Part shown: positions 30,701-42,457 of the stretch, one piece after another
Layout: each line of letters opens with the position of its first letter
Numbering within the stretch: position 1 is the stretch's first letter
Assembly: GCA_051294375.1 (NCBI GenBank)
Contig: CM119269.1
Location: 7,871,225-7,935,224 of the forward strand
Direction of reading: 5' to 3'
Length of the DNA: 64,000 nucleotides
DNA from: Paraspadella gotoi
Taxonomy: Eukaryota; Animalia; Chaetognatha
Notes under the pieces: model-generated
Told to the model about the DNA's origin: nothing
What the model saw: only the letters and a program-made list of their open reading frames with translations
The model's database searches: none
Translations under genes and position numbers: made by a program

Positions 30701-33700
30701 AGACTGAGAAAGAAGAGAAATTAGTGAGAAGACGTGAGCGTCGATCGTCATCACATTTACCAATCGATATACCGTCTGTCCGTGAGCTCCTCGCAGTGGC
30801 CGTCCGGTGATGTTCCCTCCCGTGGCGCCCCCCGAGTGCTGTGGCCAAAGGGGGGCGGCGCCCGCGGGAACGTCCGCCGACGACGACATGCTGAGATTTT
30901 GAAGGCGCCGCTGGACGTCCGAGCGACTGTCGCCGTCTGTAAGTTGGGGAGGGAGGGAATCTTGTTAAAACAATTCATTTTAACATTCGTGGAAATTAGA
31001 AAATTGACATACTTGAAGCGGCTTCGCCGATTCCCGACGCGGAGCCCCTGGCTCTTCCGGTTCCCGCAGTTTGGCCACGCCCACTTCGACGCTGCATCGA
31101 GTATCCTTCGTTGGAGAATTAAATCATGAATTGAAAAAAAAATTAAAATAAAATTATTCACTAGATCGACGAATCTCGAGAAACCAATAAGAATAACACT
31201 GTTCAGTGAATAGTGTTGATTGTTCACTATCTCGTACTCGAAGTGACGTTTTTTCTTGGTGGATCTTAAAACGAATTCTTTCGCCCCCTAACATCTTTGT
31301 ATTTATGTAGGACAAACACATTTATACTGATACATGGCATATTTTGTTATTAACTTTTGTAATTTCCGTAAACCTTGTCTCATAAAAATTTGCCACAGTA
31401 TAATGAAATACCAGGCCGCTAATGGAGCCCACCTTTGCTGAGCCCTGCCTCTCCCTCTTCCTGCTGCTGCTGATGCATCGGATTTCCAGGTCGGCCGCCG
31501 GCAGAATTGTTCCGAACGCCGCCGCCTTCGCCGCTGTTTTTGAGGGAAGCGGCGCCGGCGGGTCGCGGAGGCGGCGGCGCGGCGTCGCCGTCCAACGAGT
31601 TCGACGAAACGTTGCACTGGTCGGCGGATGCGTCGGCGGCGGCGGGAGGAGGCGTGGTGTCGGGAGAAATGGCGCCCCGAGGGGGCGAAGCGGCGTCGCG
31701 AGACATTAGCGGAATCACGGACGCCGGTCCCGGGGTGGCGTGACTCTTCAAAGGCGGATACTTGAAAAAAAGGGAAGAAAAAAAATTTTAGATGAACTTT
31801 TATTAAATTTTAATTTTATTTAAGAATTAATAGAAGAGACAAAAAAGTTTTTTTTTTTATAAAAAATATAGGGAGGAAAACAATTTTTAACGAATTTTTA
31901 GGACATTTTTTTCGGACATGTTTCGACTCTACAGTTAGAGTCTTCATCAGCATTGTGACAATCAATAATTTTTCTCTTTTAACATTAAGTTAGAGAGAGA
32001 GAGAGAGAAAGGGAGAGTTTCCAACAAAGAATTGAGAAAGGGATAGTGGTCAGATGTGAGGACAGGTGAAGGCAAAGACAGGGAAGAAGAAAGTCAGTTG
32101 AAATTTGAAATTGAGGGAATGAGAGAGAGAGAGAGAAAGAGAGGAAAAAAAATGTCCTAAAAATTCGTTGAAACAAAACAAATAAATTGTTTTCCTCCCT
32201 AAATTCGAAACACAACGAAATCGAAAGTCTATTCACAATAAAAAATATAAAAGAATTAAGAAAATAAAAAATATATCGCCATCAGTTTTACCAATAAAAA
32301 TCCTTTTTATCACCTGAAGCAGCGCTTTCGCTTGATTATCAGTTTGCGACGTTTCCGGTGTTTTTTGAGGAGAGAGACGCCGAGCTTGCGGCGTCTCCCT
32401 CGAGTCGGAGGACCGTCTGCCCTGCTCCTGCGTTGCCTGATGCGGCGTCTGATGCCCCGCACCGGATCCGTGGAACCTCGTTAAATGCTCTCCCATGCCG
32501 GGATGGGTGGACGACTCCGCCCGCCGCTCCGGAAGCTGCAAAAAGAACGGAGGAGTCGTGAAAGGAGAAAAAGAAACAGTTAAGTCAAAAGGGTATTTAT
32601 TTATAACTAATTGGCTATACTCTATATTCGTCCACTGTTACCTCTATCTCTCTTTCACTTTACCAGTGAAAAAATAATAAAAACCTGCTGTGGGGCGTTT
32701 CTATAGTTTCCTACTGGGGCGCGGCCGTTGTTGGCGATATTGGAGTTTCTGCCGCCGCCACCGCCGCCTCCACCGCCCGCTGCACCACGCTCTCGCCTCC
32801 CTCCAGAGTTCAAGTCACGAGAATTTCTCGGATTCGAGGAGGTCGTCTGATAATCGGAAACGTTTCGTCCGACGGAGGCTTGGGGGGCGTAGTCTCCAAA
32901 CTTCTGCGGCCGGTTCCGTCGATTTCCGCGACCGCGACCCACGCCTTCGATTTTCGTGGCGCTGCGTAGGCGAGGGTAGGGGGAAGAAATAAATGAACAA
33001 GAGGCAAAAATGAACGAATGAATGAATGAGAATTGAAAAAGTACCAGGTGACCATTTGAAATCGCTATAAAAAATTCACCATACGAAAGCGAGTAGAGAT
33101 TTTAACATTTTGAAAAAAAGATTTTATTAGAAAAGTTTGAAATTGAATTCAACAACGAGATTTTTATTTCAGTGGAGAAACGGACATGTTTCGTCTTAAT
33201 ACAAGCCTTTATCAGCGTTAACAGTTGATTTATAAAATTTTTAAAGACAAGACACTCATTTTTTATGTATAAATTTCTTGATAATTGATTTTGTTTTGAA
33301 TTCGTAAAAGTAATATACTTTGCTATCAACTATTTTTAAAACTAGGGTAGTCATAATTCTATACCTTATAACTGACTGAACCTCAAAGATATTTTTTTAC
33401 ACTCAAGAGTAAAGAATCGGAAAATATATCATAGTATGTATGTCTTGTCTTTAAGAATCTCTTTTCAAAATGTTAAAATCTCTTCATGTTTTCCTTTGGT
33501 GATTTTTTTTCTAGCGGCGGGTTTCAAATGGTTACGTGGTAATCCAAACAACTTAAAAACAATACTGCTCGTTAACGATTCTTTAATGTCCCCCCCCATC
33601 AAGTATGACGCCGTCCAATAAGGCGCAATTTGAACTGGCTATAAGGGGACAGTTTCAACTGCGCCCTCTTCTGTATCACGAAACTGTCTTTTTCCCTCTT

Positions 33701-34400
33701 TTTGGGGAATCCACTACCACTATTTTACGGGGATTACTGTTTGAAGCTTCTGCCTTATCTACGGCGGGGAATCCCGCCACTATTTTTGATGGGATTGAAG
33801 ACCCTGTCCCCGCCGTGAATCATCATCATGGAGTCCTTGTTATAAAAATATTTTAACTAAAAACATACAAAACCTTAACAATCCTAATTAAAATAAATAA
33901 TTATTTGATTTAGATTCATTCCTAACCCTCGATTTATAATTCTCTCTCTCCTGTACTAACCCTCTCTTTTTATTTTTTCTATCTTCCATCTCTCTTCTCC
34001 TCTCTCACTTTCTTTCTCTCTCTTTTGTCTACCTCTTTCTCTATTTTTTTTTTATATACATATATATATATAGTATATACTATATCCTCTCTCTCTCTCT
34101 GTCTGTCTCTCTCTTTTTTGATCCAAATGAATTATAATTTTTGAATGAAATTGGTAACAACCAATATAAAAAAATACAAAAAAAGAATGTTACTTAGCAT
34201 CTTTGTATTTGAATTGAGAAAAAGTTTGAATTATAGCAAACAACGATTTATTTTGAACATTTGTTGTTGTTGTTGTTTTTGATTTTAATTCAAGTCTTCA
34301 TAGCACTCCTTCCATCGAAGCTGTATATCCAGCTCAATAACACACTTTCTACACATACAATATACTATATTTGTCTCCTTTCTTTCTTTTTAATTATCTT

Positions 34401-34431
<31 letters not shown>

Positions 34432-36862
34432 CCTATATTTTTTCTTTTTCTTTTTTTCTTACTTTTTCTGTCATTAATATTCTGTAGTATTTAAAAATAT
34501 ATTAAAGAAAGCAAAGAAAAATTCAAATCTGTGACCCTCATTTTTATCGTTATTGAGATACCTTGAAGCCCAAAAAAACAAAGAACGTTTGAGAGAGAGA
34601 GATAGAGAGATAGATAGAGAGAGAGAGAGGGAGAGAGGGAGAGAGAGAGAGTGGGCCATTTCTCGTCCCCGTCATGAATTTGGGCGGGGATTTGCCGGGA
34701 ATGAAATCCCCGGCGAAGACCGCCGCAGGGCGTAGTTGCGGTGAACTTATAGTTCTCTTCCCCGAAACTGCGCGAAGTTTAACAGTTTAAACTGCGAGGA
34801 TATGGCCCGCGTAATATCTCCCCCCCATTCCGGGCAATTGTATCTTCATCTCTTCAACCACTACCCCCATCTTCCTAAGTCGTCATTTTTATCCTTACCG
34901 GACTTGGACGATGGGCGGCGGCGAGTCCCTGGTACGAGGGTCGTATCCATAATACGCGATTAATTCCTGTCGGCTTTTCGGCGCCTGGTCGTCTTCGTTA
35001 TACATATCATGATACCACCGACCCGTAGTTCCAGGTTTACCCCCCGCGAGCCCGCGGCCCCCGCGAAGATCCGCGTTCATTTCCGGCTGAGCGGCGCCGC
35101 GCGGGGCGGCGGCGCTTTGCCGGGAAAGAACCACGCCGCCTTTCGTCGAGGGGCGTGAGTCCAAAGGGGCGACGGAGCGGACGCCCTGGAGAGGAGAGGT
35201 GGGCGCCGCTGGTTGGGAGAGGCCGTCCTCGTCGTCCTAATGAGAGGGGAGGGGAGAAGACGGGGGAAGAGTGAGATCGCGAGATTAAAAACGAAAAAAA
35301 TCTAATTCGTATCTGACCTGGCGATCGTCGTGCTCGTAAAAGTTTCCCCTCCTGGGGATGAAGGCGGGATTCCTTCGGTCCTCGTCGTCGTCGAGATCTT
35401 TGCCGCTCAAGGGAGAAGCGACGCCGCGATGAGGTTCCATCGACTCGTCTTGCGTAAAAGGATTATTATTTCAATACAATACGTATTATTTATTATCAAT
35501 AAATCTATATCACTCACTGTCTGGATGTTCCATTCCGTCACCCCGCTCTCGTTTGGCCGCCGGATCGGGGACCGGTGACGTCATCAGCGGCACAGGGTTT
35601 TTCGTCTCAAGAAGAGGAGGCTTCTCTTCGATCCTGAAACGAGTACCATAATTATTAATTGATAAATGTAATTTACGTTCATGGAAAAAAAGTAAATTGT
35701 CGAAGAAAAAAATTTTATTGCGACCTTCCATAATCCAACTTGCATTAATTCTACCTGCTCGGCATGTTGTGCTGCAAATTAGCGGCGAGCGGAGTTCGCA
35801 TTCCGATGGCGGAAGGGGCGTTGCCGAGCTCGGGCTGCGGCGCAAACGTCGAAGCCAAGGGAGCATTCTCAGACTCGACGTTGACGTTATCGCGGGCGTC
35901 GACGTTTGGAGCGTCGTCGTCGCTGTCGTCTTCGGTCTCGTCGTCGTCGGATTCTGAGATGGGTTGTGAATTGTGAAAAAAATTAAAAAGGAAAGGTGAG
36001 TGAAGGAAAAAATCTAGGATCGAAATGGTCGACTTTGTAGACGGGCAAGTGTTACAAGGTAAATTTGTGAAGTTTTCAGATTTCCTTTAATATCATTTGC
36101 ATATTGTTGTTTTATTATGTATTGACAATTTTCTATTCTATCTATGAAGAGATATTATAAGATCCTCTCTCACCGGATTCGTCGTCGTGAGTGTCCTCGT
36201 TGGCGCTCTCGAATTCTTCTGAATCTTCACCTTTTCCGCCCGACGACGGAGAACCTTCTGGACACAATCGAGATTAGCGAAACAATCGAGATTAGCGAAA
36301 CAATCGAGATTAGCGAAACGACTCGATTGCACAAAAATATTTCAATCATTTTACAAATCCTTCATAATTTTGAGAAACGCGCAATTTTTTAAAATCAACC
36401 CTTTTTAAGTTTATCACAGCACTATGGCGATCAGAGTGAAAAACTAATCGAAGTTTAATCGAACTCTCATTAATGTAACACGGCTGAACCAACTCGACTC
36501 GCCTATATTGCGAGGCAAACATCTTTACCGGGTCGGAGAATCGGCGCAGCCCGCAAATCCGCCGAGGCTGAAGGCGTGGAGGGCGGCATGTCGGTTGAAA
36601 CCAGAGAGGCTGCGGCGCTGTCTGGCACGCCCGCTTCCGATTCGAACACCAACTGAACCAAATTAATAAAAACAGAATTGATAAAATAAAGAATTTATTA
36701 TTATTATAGTTGATTTGAATAAATAATAACCTGGTAATAGTCGCGGCCGGCGGCGCGCGGGATCGGCTGGCCATCCCCGTCATCGTCGCCAACTCCCTCG
36801 TCCTCGCTCTCGACGACAGAGTCGTTGGAGTTCTGCCTCCGGCGTCGTCGTCGGTCCGACAT
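27766..36862 (-). CDS. CASC3: CASC3/MLN51/Barentsz exon-junction-complex protein, multi-exon (3' end uncertain)
   Basis: N-terminus [10 protein letters not shown]; EEFESANED; Btz domain DDDEDRRNPAFIPRRGNFYEHDDR and RWYHDMYNEDDQAPKSRQELIAYYGYDPR; KR|YSSQR; Pro/Ala-rich C-terminus. Confidence 0.9.
36264..36319. repeat. 18-bp x3 tandem repeat at a CASC3 3' splice site
   Basis: ACAATCGAGATTAGCGAA three times, ending 4 nt from the acceptor AG (36258-36259). Confidence 0.95.
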
Positions 36863-37385
36863 CACCGTTAGGACCAAGGGAGAAAATGCGCAATTAGTTT
36901 CTATCTCTCTCTCTCTCTCTCTCTCTCCCTCTTCGATATCGTCTCTATCTCTCTCTCAACGGATATTTTGTTTTTAAAGCCAATGCATTTTCCTGGTCAC
37001 GAATTTTTCTTTCCTTTAGGCAACAATAAAACAAAACAACACGAAGAATTGAAAATGAGAGTAAGAAATTTGACTCCTACATACCATTAGGTAAGCATAC
37101 TAAGCAATCAGAACTAGATTGAGATCAACTGGAGCACACCATATAATATTCTACAAATAACAACTAATCCATAACTATTAATAATGACTTCATTAGAAAA
37201 ATTAGGTTATTTGCTCGAAACAGAAATGCAACATTTTAAAAATGACAAGAAATACTAAAAATAGAAATCTCCAAACAACAAACATCAAGCGCAAAACTTT
37301 TTCGGCGCGAAATTGTTCATCCCTCCCTTTGCTTATATCACAGAAGACGCTTCCATTCACAAAGTCTCGAGTGCGATGTTTCTAT

Positions 37386-38683
37386 TCACAAAGGGGACTC
37401 TTCGACCACATCGAGCCCCTCGTTATGTTTCCCTTTCGTCGGCGTCGGGCCTCTCACAAGCAGACGCGGCGCCGTCAGCGATATTAAAACGGCGCCCAAC
37501 GGTGCCGTGATGAGAATGGCGAGGACGGCGATCGTAAGAACCTGGCGTCCGCGATCGATGTTGGCCTGCAATTCGTCGACGACGCTGGCGGTAGTGGCGT
37601 TGAGGTCAGAAGAAGTGGCGTTAAATATATCGGTGGTGTTCGTGGCGACGCTGGCGGCGGTAGGGACGCCCGCTTCGTTCTTTCGTGCTACAGCTTGGTC
37701 GTAAGCAGTGGCGCCGATGGCGGCCTGAACCGTCGCTTTAGGCAGCCACGCGAAGGGGACGAAGATTTTCTCCCTTAAATTTAAACCTAAAAAAAAAAAA
37801 AATTAGTAATAGTTCACACCAATGAAATGCGGGATTGTAAAAGATTGCCATAATACTCCAAAACATTTTTTGCTCACCAGATCGCAAGACGGCCACCATC
37901 GATGCCACCATTCGACAGGCGAGGCTAATCGCCAGGCAACCGATTCCCAGGCCGACAGTTTTTCCCTCCAAATCAAGAGCGCGGATTTCGGCGCCGATCA
38001 GGCCAAACAACAAAGGTTGAGCCAACAGGCGCCAGATTAAACCTTAATTTTCAGATAGAAAGGATGAAATAGAATTGTTTCATCAGTAACCAGTAATACA
38101 AATTAAATGCAAATACCAAAGACGATGTTGACTGGGTTGGCGTCGTCGTCTTTCCACCCTTGACGTCGCCACCCCAGATTGGCGACAAAGGCGGAAGTGA
38201 GAGCGCCCAGGGCGCCGGCGCCAGGGAACTCGGCTTCTTCAAAGACGAAGGCGGCGAACACGCCGAGGAGGAAGAGGAGAAAAAAGCGGGAAACGATGAG
38301 GGGGTTGGCGGAAAGGGAGGCGTGGTTCCTACGTCGGAGGAGAAAATGATAATTTATCCTTGATCTTTCCCTTCCCTTCCCTCACAACTCCACCCCTCGC
38401 ATCCCCTCCCCTCAGCTCACCAACTAGGCAAGTACCACGCTACGAGCCCGACGAGGATCCCATAACCGACTCCGACGGCAACCTCTATCGGCCCGCGGAG
38501 GATGACGAAGGCGAGGCTGTCGCCAGAATCGAAGGCAATGCCCAGCGCCACCGAGAAGCCCGTGATGGCAAGGACGTCATCTATCGACGCCGCCGCGATC
38601 ACCAAAGTCGGAATTCCCTTGTCCACGCCCAGGCGTTGCTCCTGAGAAAAAGAAGTTAGAGGAATTATTGTGTGTGTGTGTCT

Positions 38684-38748
<65 letters not shown>

Positions 38749-39530
38749 CACCCAATTCCAAGACTCACTTGACACCAAATCATCGAGGGCACGACGACGG
38801 CGGGTGAGACGGCGGCGAGGACGAATCCGAGGACGAATCCCCAAGCGACGGGGAGATCGAGAAGAAAATAGGTGACAAGGACGACGACGCACGTCTCGAC
38901 GAGGCAGGGGATGAATGCAAGGCGAACGACGGCGAAGGAGAGCCGCTTGAGGGCGGCCGGATCGAGTCCCATTCCAGCACGGACGAGGATTACCACGAGA
39001 GCCATCTTACGGAGGGAAGAAGACCAAGGCTGCGAAAATTGGAAGATTTCATTTACCCCTGAACGAAAGGAAGAGAAAAAGTGGGGAAAAATTCCAGTCG
39101 AAATAGAAGTTAAACTTTACTTTTTACGAATAGCTAACTCGCTTGCTCAATGCTCAGTTTGCTCACCCGGAATGTTTTTCACACAAAACCCGGCAATGAG
39201 CATGCCCAACAGCGGGGGTAGCTTAACCTTGCCGGCCATCCATCCAAGTCCGTGACTGACGACCAAGAGAAAGACGAGCGAATAGATTGTCTTCCAAGTC
39301 TCTTCGTTGCCGGGTCGGTTGCCAAGGAGACCCCAGACGGCGCCGACAAAGAGTAGTAAGAGAATGGCCGAAAAGAGGAGCCGCTCCACCGCGCCGTGAG
39401 GAGGGCAGAGAAAAATGTGACGGGCGCGTTGTTGCAAGGAGGGCGACGTTGGAAGAGGATTGCTCGAGGCCAGGCAGCACGCGCATCGCGGGGAAGGGTC
39501 GGGAGAGACCCGCGCCGATTTTTCCTGCAT
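37386..39530 (-). CDS. SLC9B2: SLC9B/NHA (CPA2) Na+/H+ antiporter, multi-exon
   Basis: Motifs CPPHG, LPPLLGMLIAGF, ALVVILVRAGMGLD, LAAVSPAVVVPSM, GVDKGIPTLVIAAASIDDVLAITGF (DD motif), QPLLFGLIG, WLPKATVQAAIG, ILITAPLGA. Confidence 0.93.
38689..38745. repeat. (CT)n microsatellite in NHA intron
   Basis: CT run. Confidence 0.93.
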
Positions 39531-39808
39531 CGCGTCGGCGTCGGGATCATGCCTCCCGGCGTCATTAACCGCGTCCGTCGCCGAGATTGGGAATTGAGAT
39601 CGTTTCGAAGAATCGTCGGAGATCCGTTGGTCGTTTTAAGCACCACGATGAAGGGACGCTTTTAAGGATAATATGTAGTGAGCGATGGCGATAACGAATA
39701 AATAAAAAAAATTAAATAATAAACATTGAAGTAATAAATAACAAATAAGAGATCTAAAAAATAAATAAAATTCACGAGTCGTTAAGAAATTTTCGCCGAC
39801 CGATCGCG

Positions 39809-40579
39809 TTAAGCGTCTCTGGATTCTATATTCGACTGACTCGATCCGGCATGAGACTTCCTGACGTGCCTATTCAAGCTGCTCTTCAGATCGTAGCCTT
39901 TGGTGCAGTGTTGACAGACGAACTTTTTGGCCTCTGCCCGATGGTTGACCTGCGAGTGAAGTTCGAGATTGACTTTGTCGTTAAAGGATTCCTCGCAGGC
40001 CTGGCTGTCGCAGGGAAAGAGTCGTCGATGCATTTCGTCCTGATGCTTTTTGAAGGCAAGGCGTTGGCGGAACACGGCGCCGCACAATTCGCAAGGGAGG
40101 CGATGATCCGCATCTTCGTCCGCGGCGTTGTCGGTGGTAGAGTCGGATCCATGAGCGCCACCGCACACGACGCGCTTGGAGGGAGTTCCCTTTTCGAAGT
40201 AGCAGGCGTGGCAGGTCTCGCACCTGACCCGCTTCACTTGGCCGTGCTCCGACTTTTTGTGGCGATTCACGTCGCCCTTCCACCGAAAAGTCTTGTCACA
40301 TTCATCGCAGGCGAAGGACGCCGCTTTGGCGTGGACGGCAGCGAGGTGGGCATCAAGGTATGGGCGCGATTTAAAGGCGGCGCCGCAAACGTGGCATTTG
40401 AAGGGCCGAGCGTCTGCGTGCACCAGTCGCATGTGACGCCGCAGCAACCCCGCCTCGCCGAATTCGCGAGCGCATTTGTGGCATTGATACTCGCGCTTCT
40501 TATCGTGAACTGTTCGCACGTGAATCGAGACGTAGTTTTTGCGCGTGAAGCGTTTTTCGCAAAGAGAACAGGGAAACAT
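39809..40579 (-). CDS. single-exon C2H2 zinc-finger protein (about 7 fingers, 256 aa)
   Basis: Repeated CxxC-x12-HxxxxH (e.g. CSLC...HVRTVH, CHKC...HMRLVH, CHVC...HLAAVH). An in-frame stop lies just upstream of the ATG. Confidence 0.88.
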   Translation of the reverse strand: MFPCSLCEKRFTRKNYVSIHVRTVHDKKREYQCHKCAREFGEAGLLRRHMRLVHADARPFKCHVCGAAFKSRPYLDAHLAAVHAKAASFACDECDKTFRWKGDVNRHKKSEHGQVKRVRCETCHACYFEKGTPSKRVVCGGAHGSDSTTDNAADEDADHRLPCELCGAVFRQRLAFKKHQDEMHRRLFPCDSQACEESFNDKVNLELHSQVNHRAEAKKFVCQHCTKGYDLKSSLNRHVRKSHAGSSQSNIESRDA

Positions 40580-40741
40580 GAGTTAAAAGAGAAAAGCGGG
40601 AAGAAATTCCTCAAACAGATCTACGAACGATGAAATGACATATAATCCTAAGACAATCATTACAAATGCAAAATAACGATCGCCCGTAAAAAAAAACAAA
40701 AAAAAACATAATCAAACCCCCTAGACTAAAATGCTAAATGG

Positions 40742-41246
40742 TCACGTAAAGTATTGAGGTTTTTTGACGTTGACACCGTATTCGCCGAGAGCGGGGGCTA
40801 GATCTTCCATGGTCAGAGTGTATCGCTTCTCCTTGCCGGATTTCTTAGACGACTGCCCGGCGCCGCGCATGCGTGAGAATTGTAGCGCGTCGTTGGCCAC
40901 GTCCGAGACGAACTTTTGCGCCGCGAGGGAGATGAGGCGGACGACGCGAGGATCCGTGGCTTCGAACCCGGCGCTAAAGGAGGGTGAGGTTTTTTTTTTT
41001 TAAAGGGGTGAGTAAATATTGCTCAGCTAAAGAGGATTTAAAAGCCCGAGAGCGAAAGACGAACCGGTTGACGTAGTAGGCGGTGACGGCGTCGGGAATC
41101 GTCGGGTGGTAATCTTCCAATTGTGTCATGAGATCGTTCATCGGCGCCCCCGAAGGCAGCGTCGCTTTATCGGACGCCGATTTGGGAGCCTTGGAAGCGT
41201 TCGTCGCAGCGCCGTTGGACAAGTTTGAACGCTGGGCGTGGTTCAT
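40742..41246 (-). CDS. TAF10: TFIID subunit TAF10 (two coding exons)
   Basis: [20 protein letters not shown]|[31 protein letters not shown]...[26 protein letters not shown]. Confidence 0.96.
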
Positions 41247-42457
41247 GATGTCATTCAGTTAAATTTTTTTTCGGTTTATCTGGAAAATGCAATATTGGTT
41301 TTTATGGAAGCGTTAGGACCCACTCTTGCTGCAAGACGAAAACTTGATATCAGATTAATGAGAAAACTAAACAGATCGGGGAATTTTTCAGTAGATACCT
41401 AAATGCTAATTTAATAATCTCATCCAATTATTTAGTGAGACAACCTGGAATGAATCGTGCAGAGCTGAAATTTGAATTAGTGCTCACCCGTATACCCGTT
41501 TTAATAATTTTGCACAACGAATGCCGTTCGTTTTTACCCTAGACTACTTTTTAAAAAAAAATAATTTGACGCAACGGGTGGCTCATTCAAATTTTCAACG
41601 CTCCTCGATTCTGAGGAGAAGGTGGCCCGATCTTGTCAACAAAGACGAATAACAATAAATTTCATCCCGTTTTAAATTCTAATCAATACGAAAAATAAGC
41701 TTACTAACGAATTCCATAAAAACCGGAAATTTCAAAGACCAACAACAGAGTAGGATCACACAACAAGCGCCGCCGAGAAGCCGACGATTGTCGCAGGAGA
41801 CGATTTTGACAACAACGGTACTTAGGAGAAAGTACAATAGGCAATCTGCAACAACATTGGCAATTTGGTTTTTTTTTCTTTCCTCGTTTAAAAAATGCGT
41901 AATATTTCGAGTAGATTAAGAAAAAAAAATAACGGATGATTGTAAGATTTAGAACTTGTTTATTTTTTTTTAATTCAAAAAAGAGAATTTGGCATCCGGA
42001 TATATGATTTTTTTTATATCCCTCTGTTTTTCTAACTTTGCTGCCCTTTTATGAAAACGTTAAATATTAACGAACAAAACCTCGTCGAGGCTTTAAAAAA
42101 TAATTACAATTAACTGCGGATCGAAAGTAATTGTTTATTTTAAATTATAAAATAACTGTCCAACCAATGCTACTCTCGGGGGAGGGGGAGGGGGGGATTT
42201 AGTTGTGTTTTTTGTTTAGTTTTTTAATAACAACGCAACGGGATCGTATGACGCGAATTGTGTAGTTACGTCCTTGAAAAAATAAAGAAAAACCACGCCG
42301 CTTTAGAAAAAACAAAAACGCCGTCTATTTGGCAGAACGTAAAATGGGTTTGGAGGATTGGAGCGGGGTTTCGAAAAAAAAAAGTTCCGAGGAATAGCCC
42401 CCCCCGACCTATGGGCAAAGTCCGTCCCGAGGCCTCCGTCCCCATTCCCTATAGGCT

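Noticed and set aside
36505-36515. Apparent GC donor TAG|gcgagt in CASC3
   Set aside because: The upstream G|gtaaag donor gives the correct phase; extending to the GC site hits an in-frame stop.
39318-39331. X-box-like GTTGCCAAGGAGAC
   Set aside because: Lies inside an NHA coding exon; probably chance.
39851-40633. 260-aa plus-strand ORF
   Set aside because: Antisense shadow of the GC-rich zinc-finger CDS; no ATG start and no recognisable motifs.
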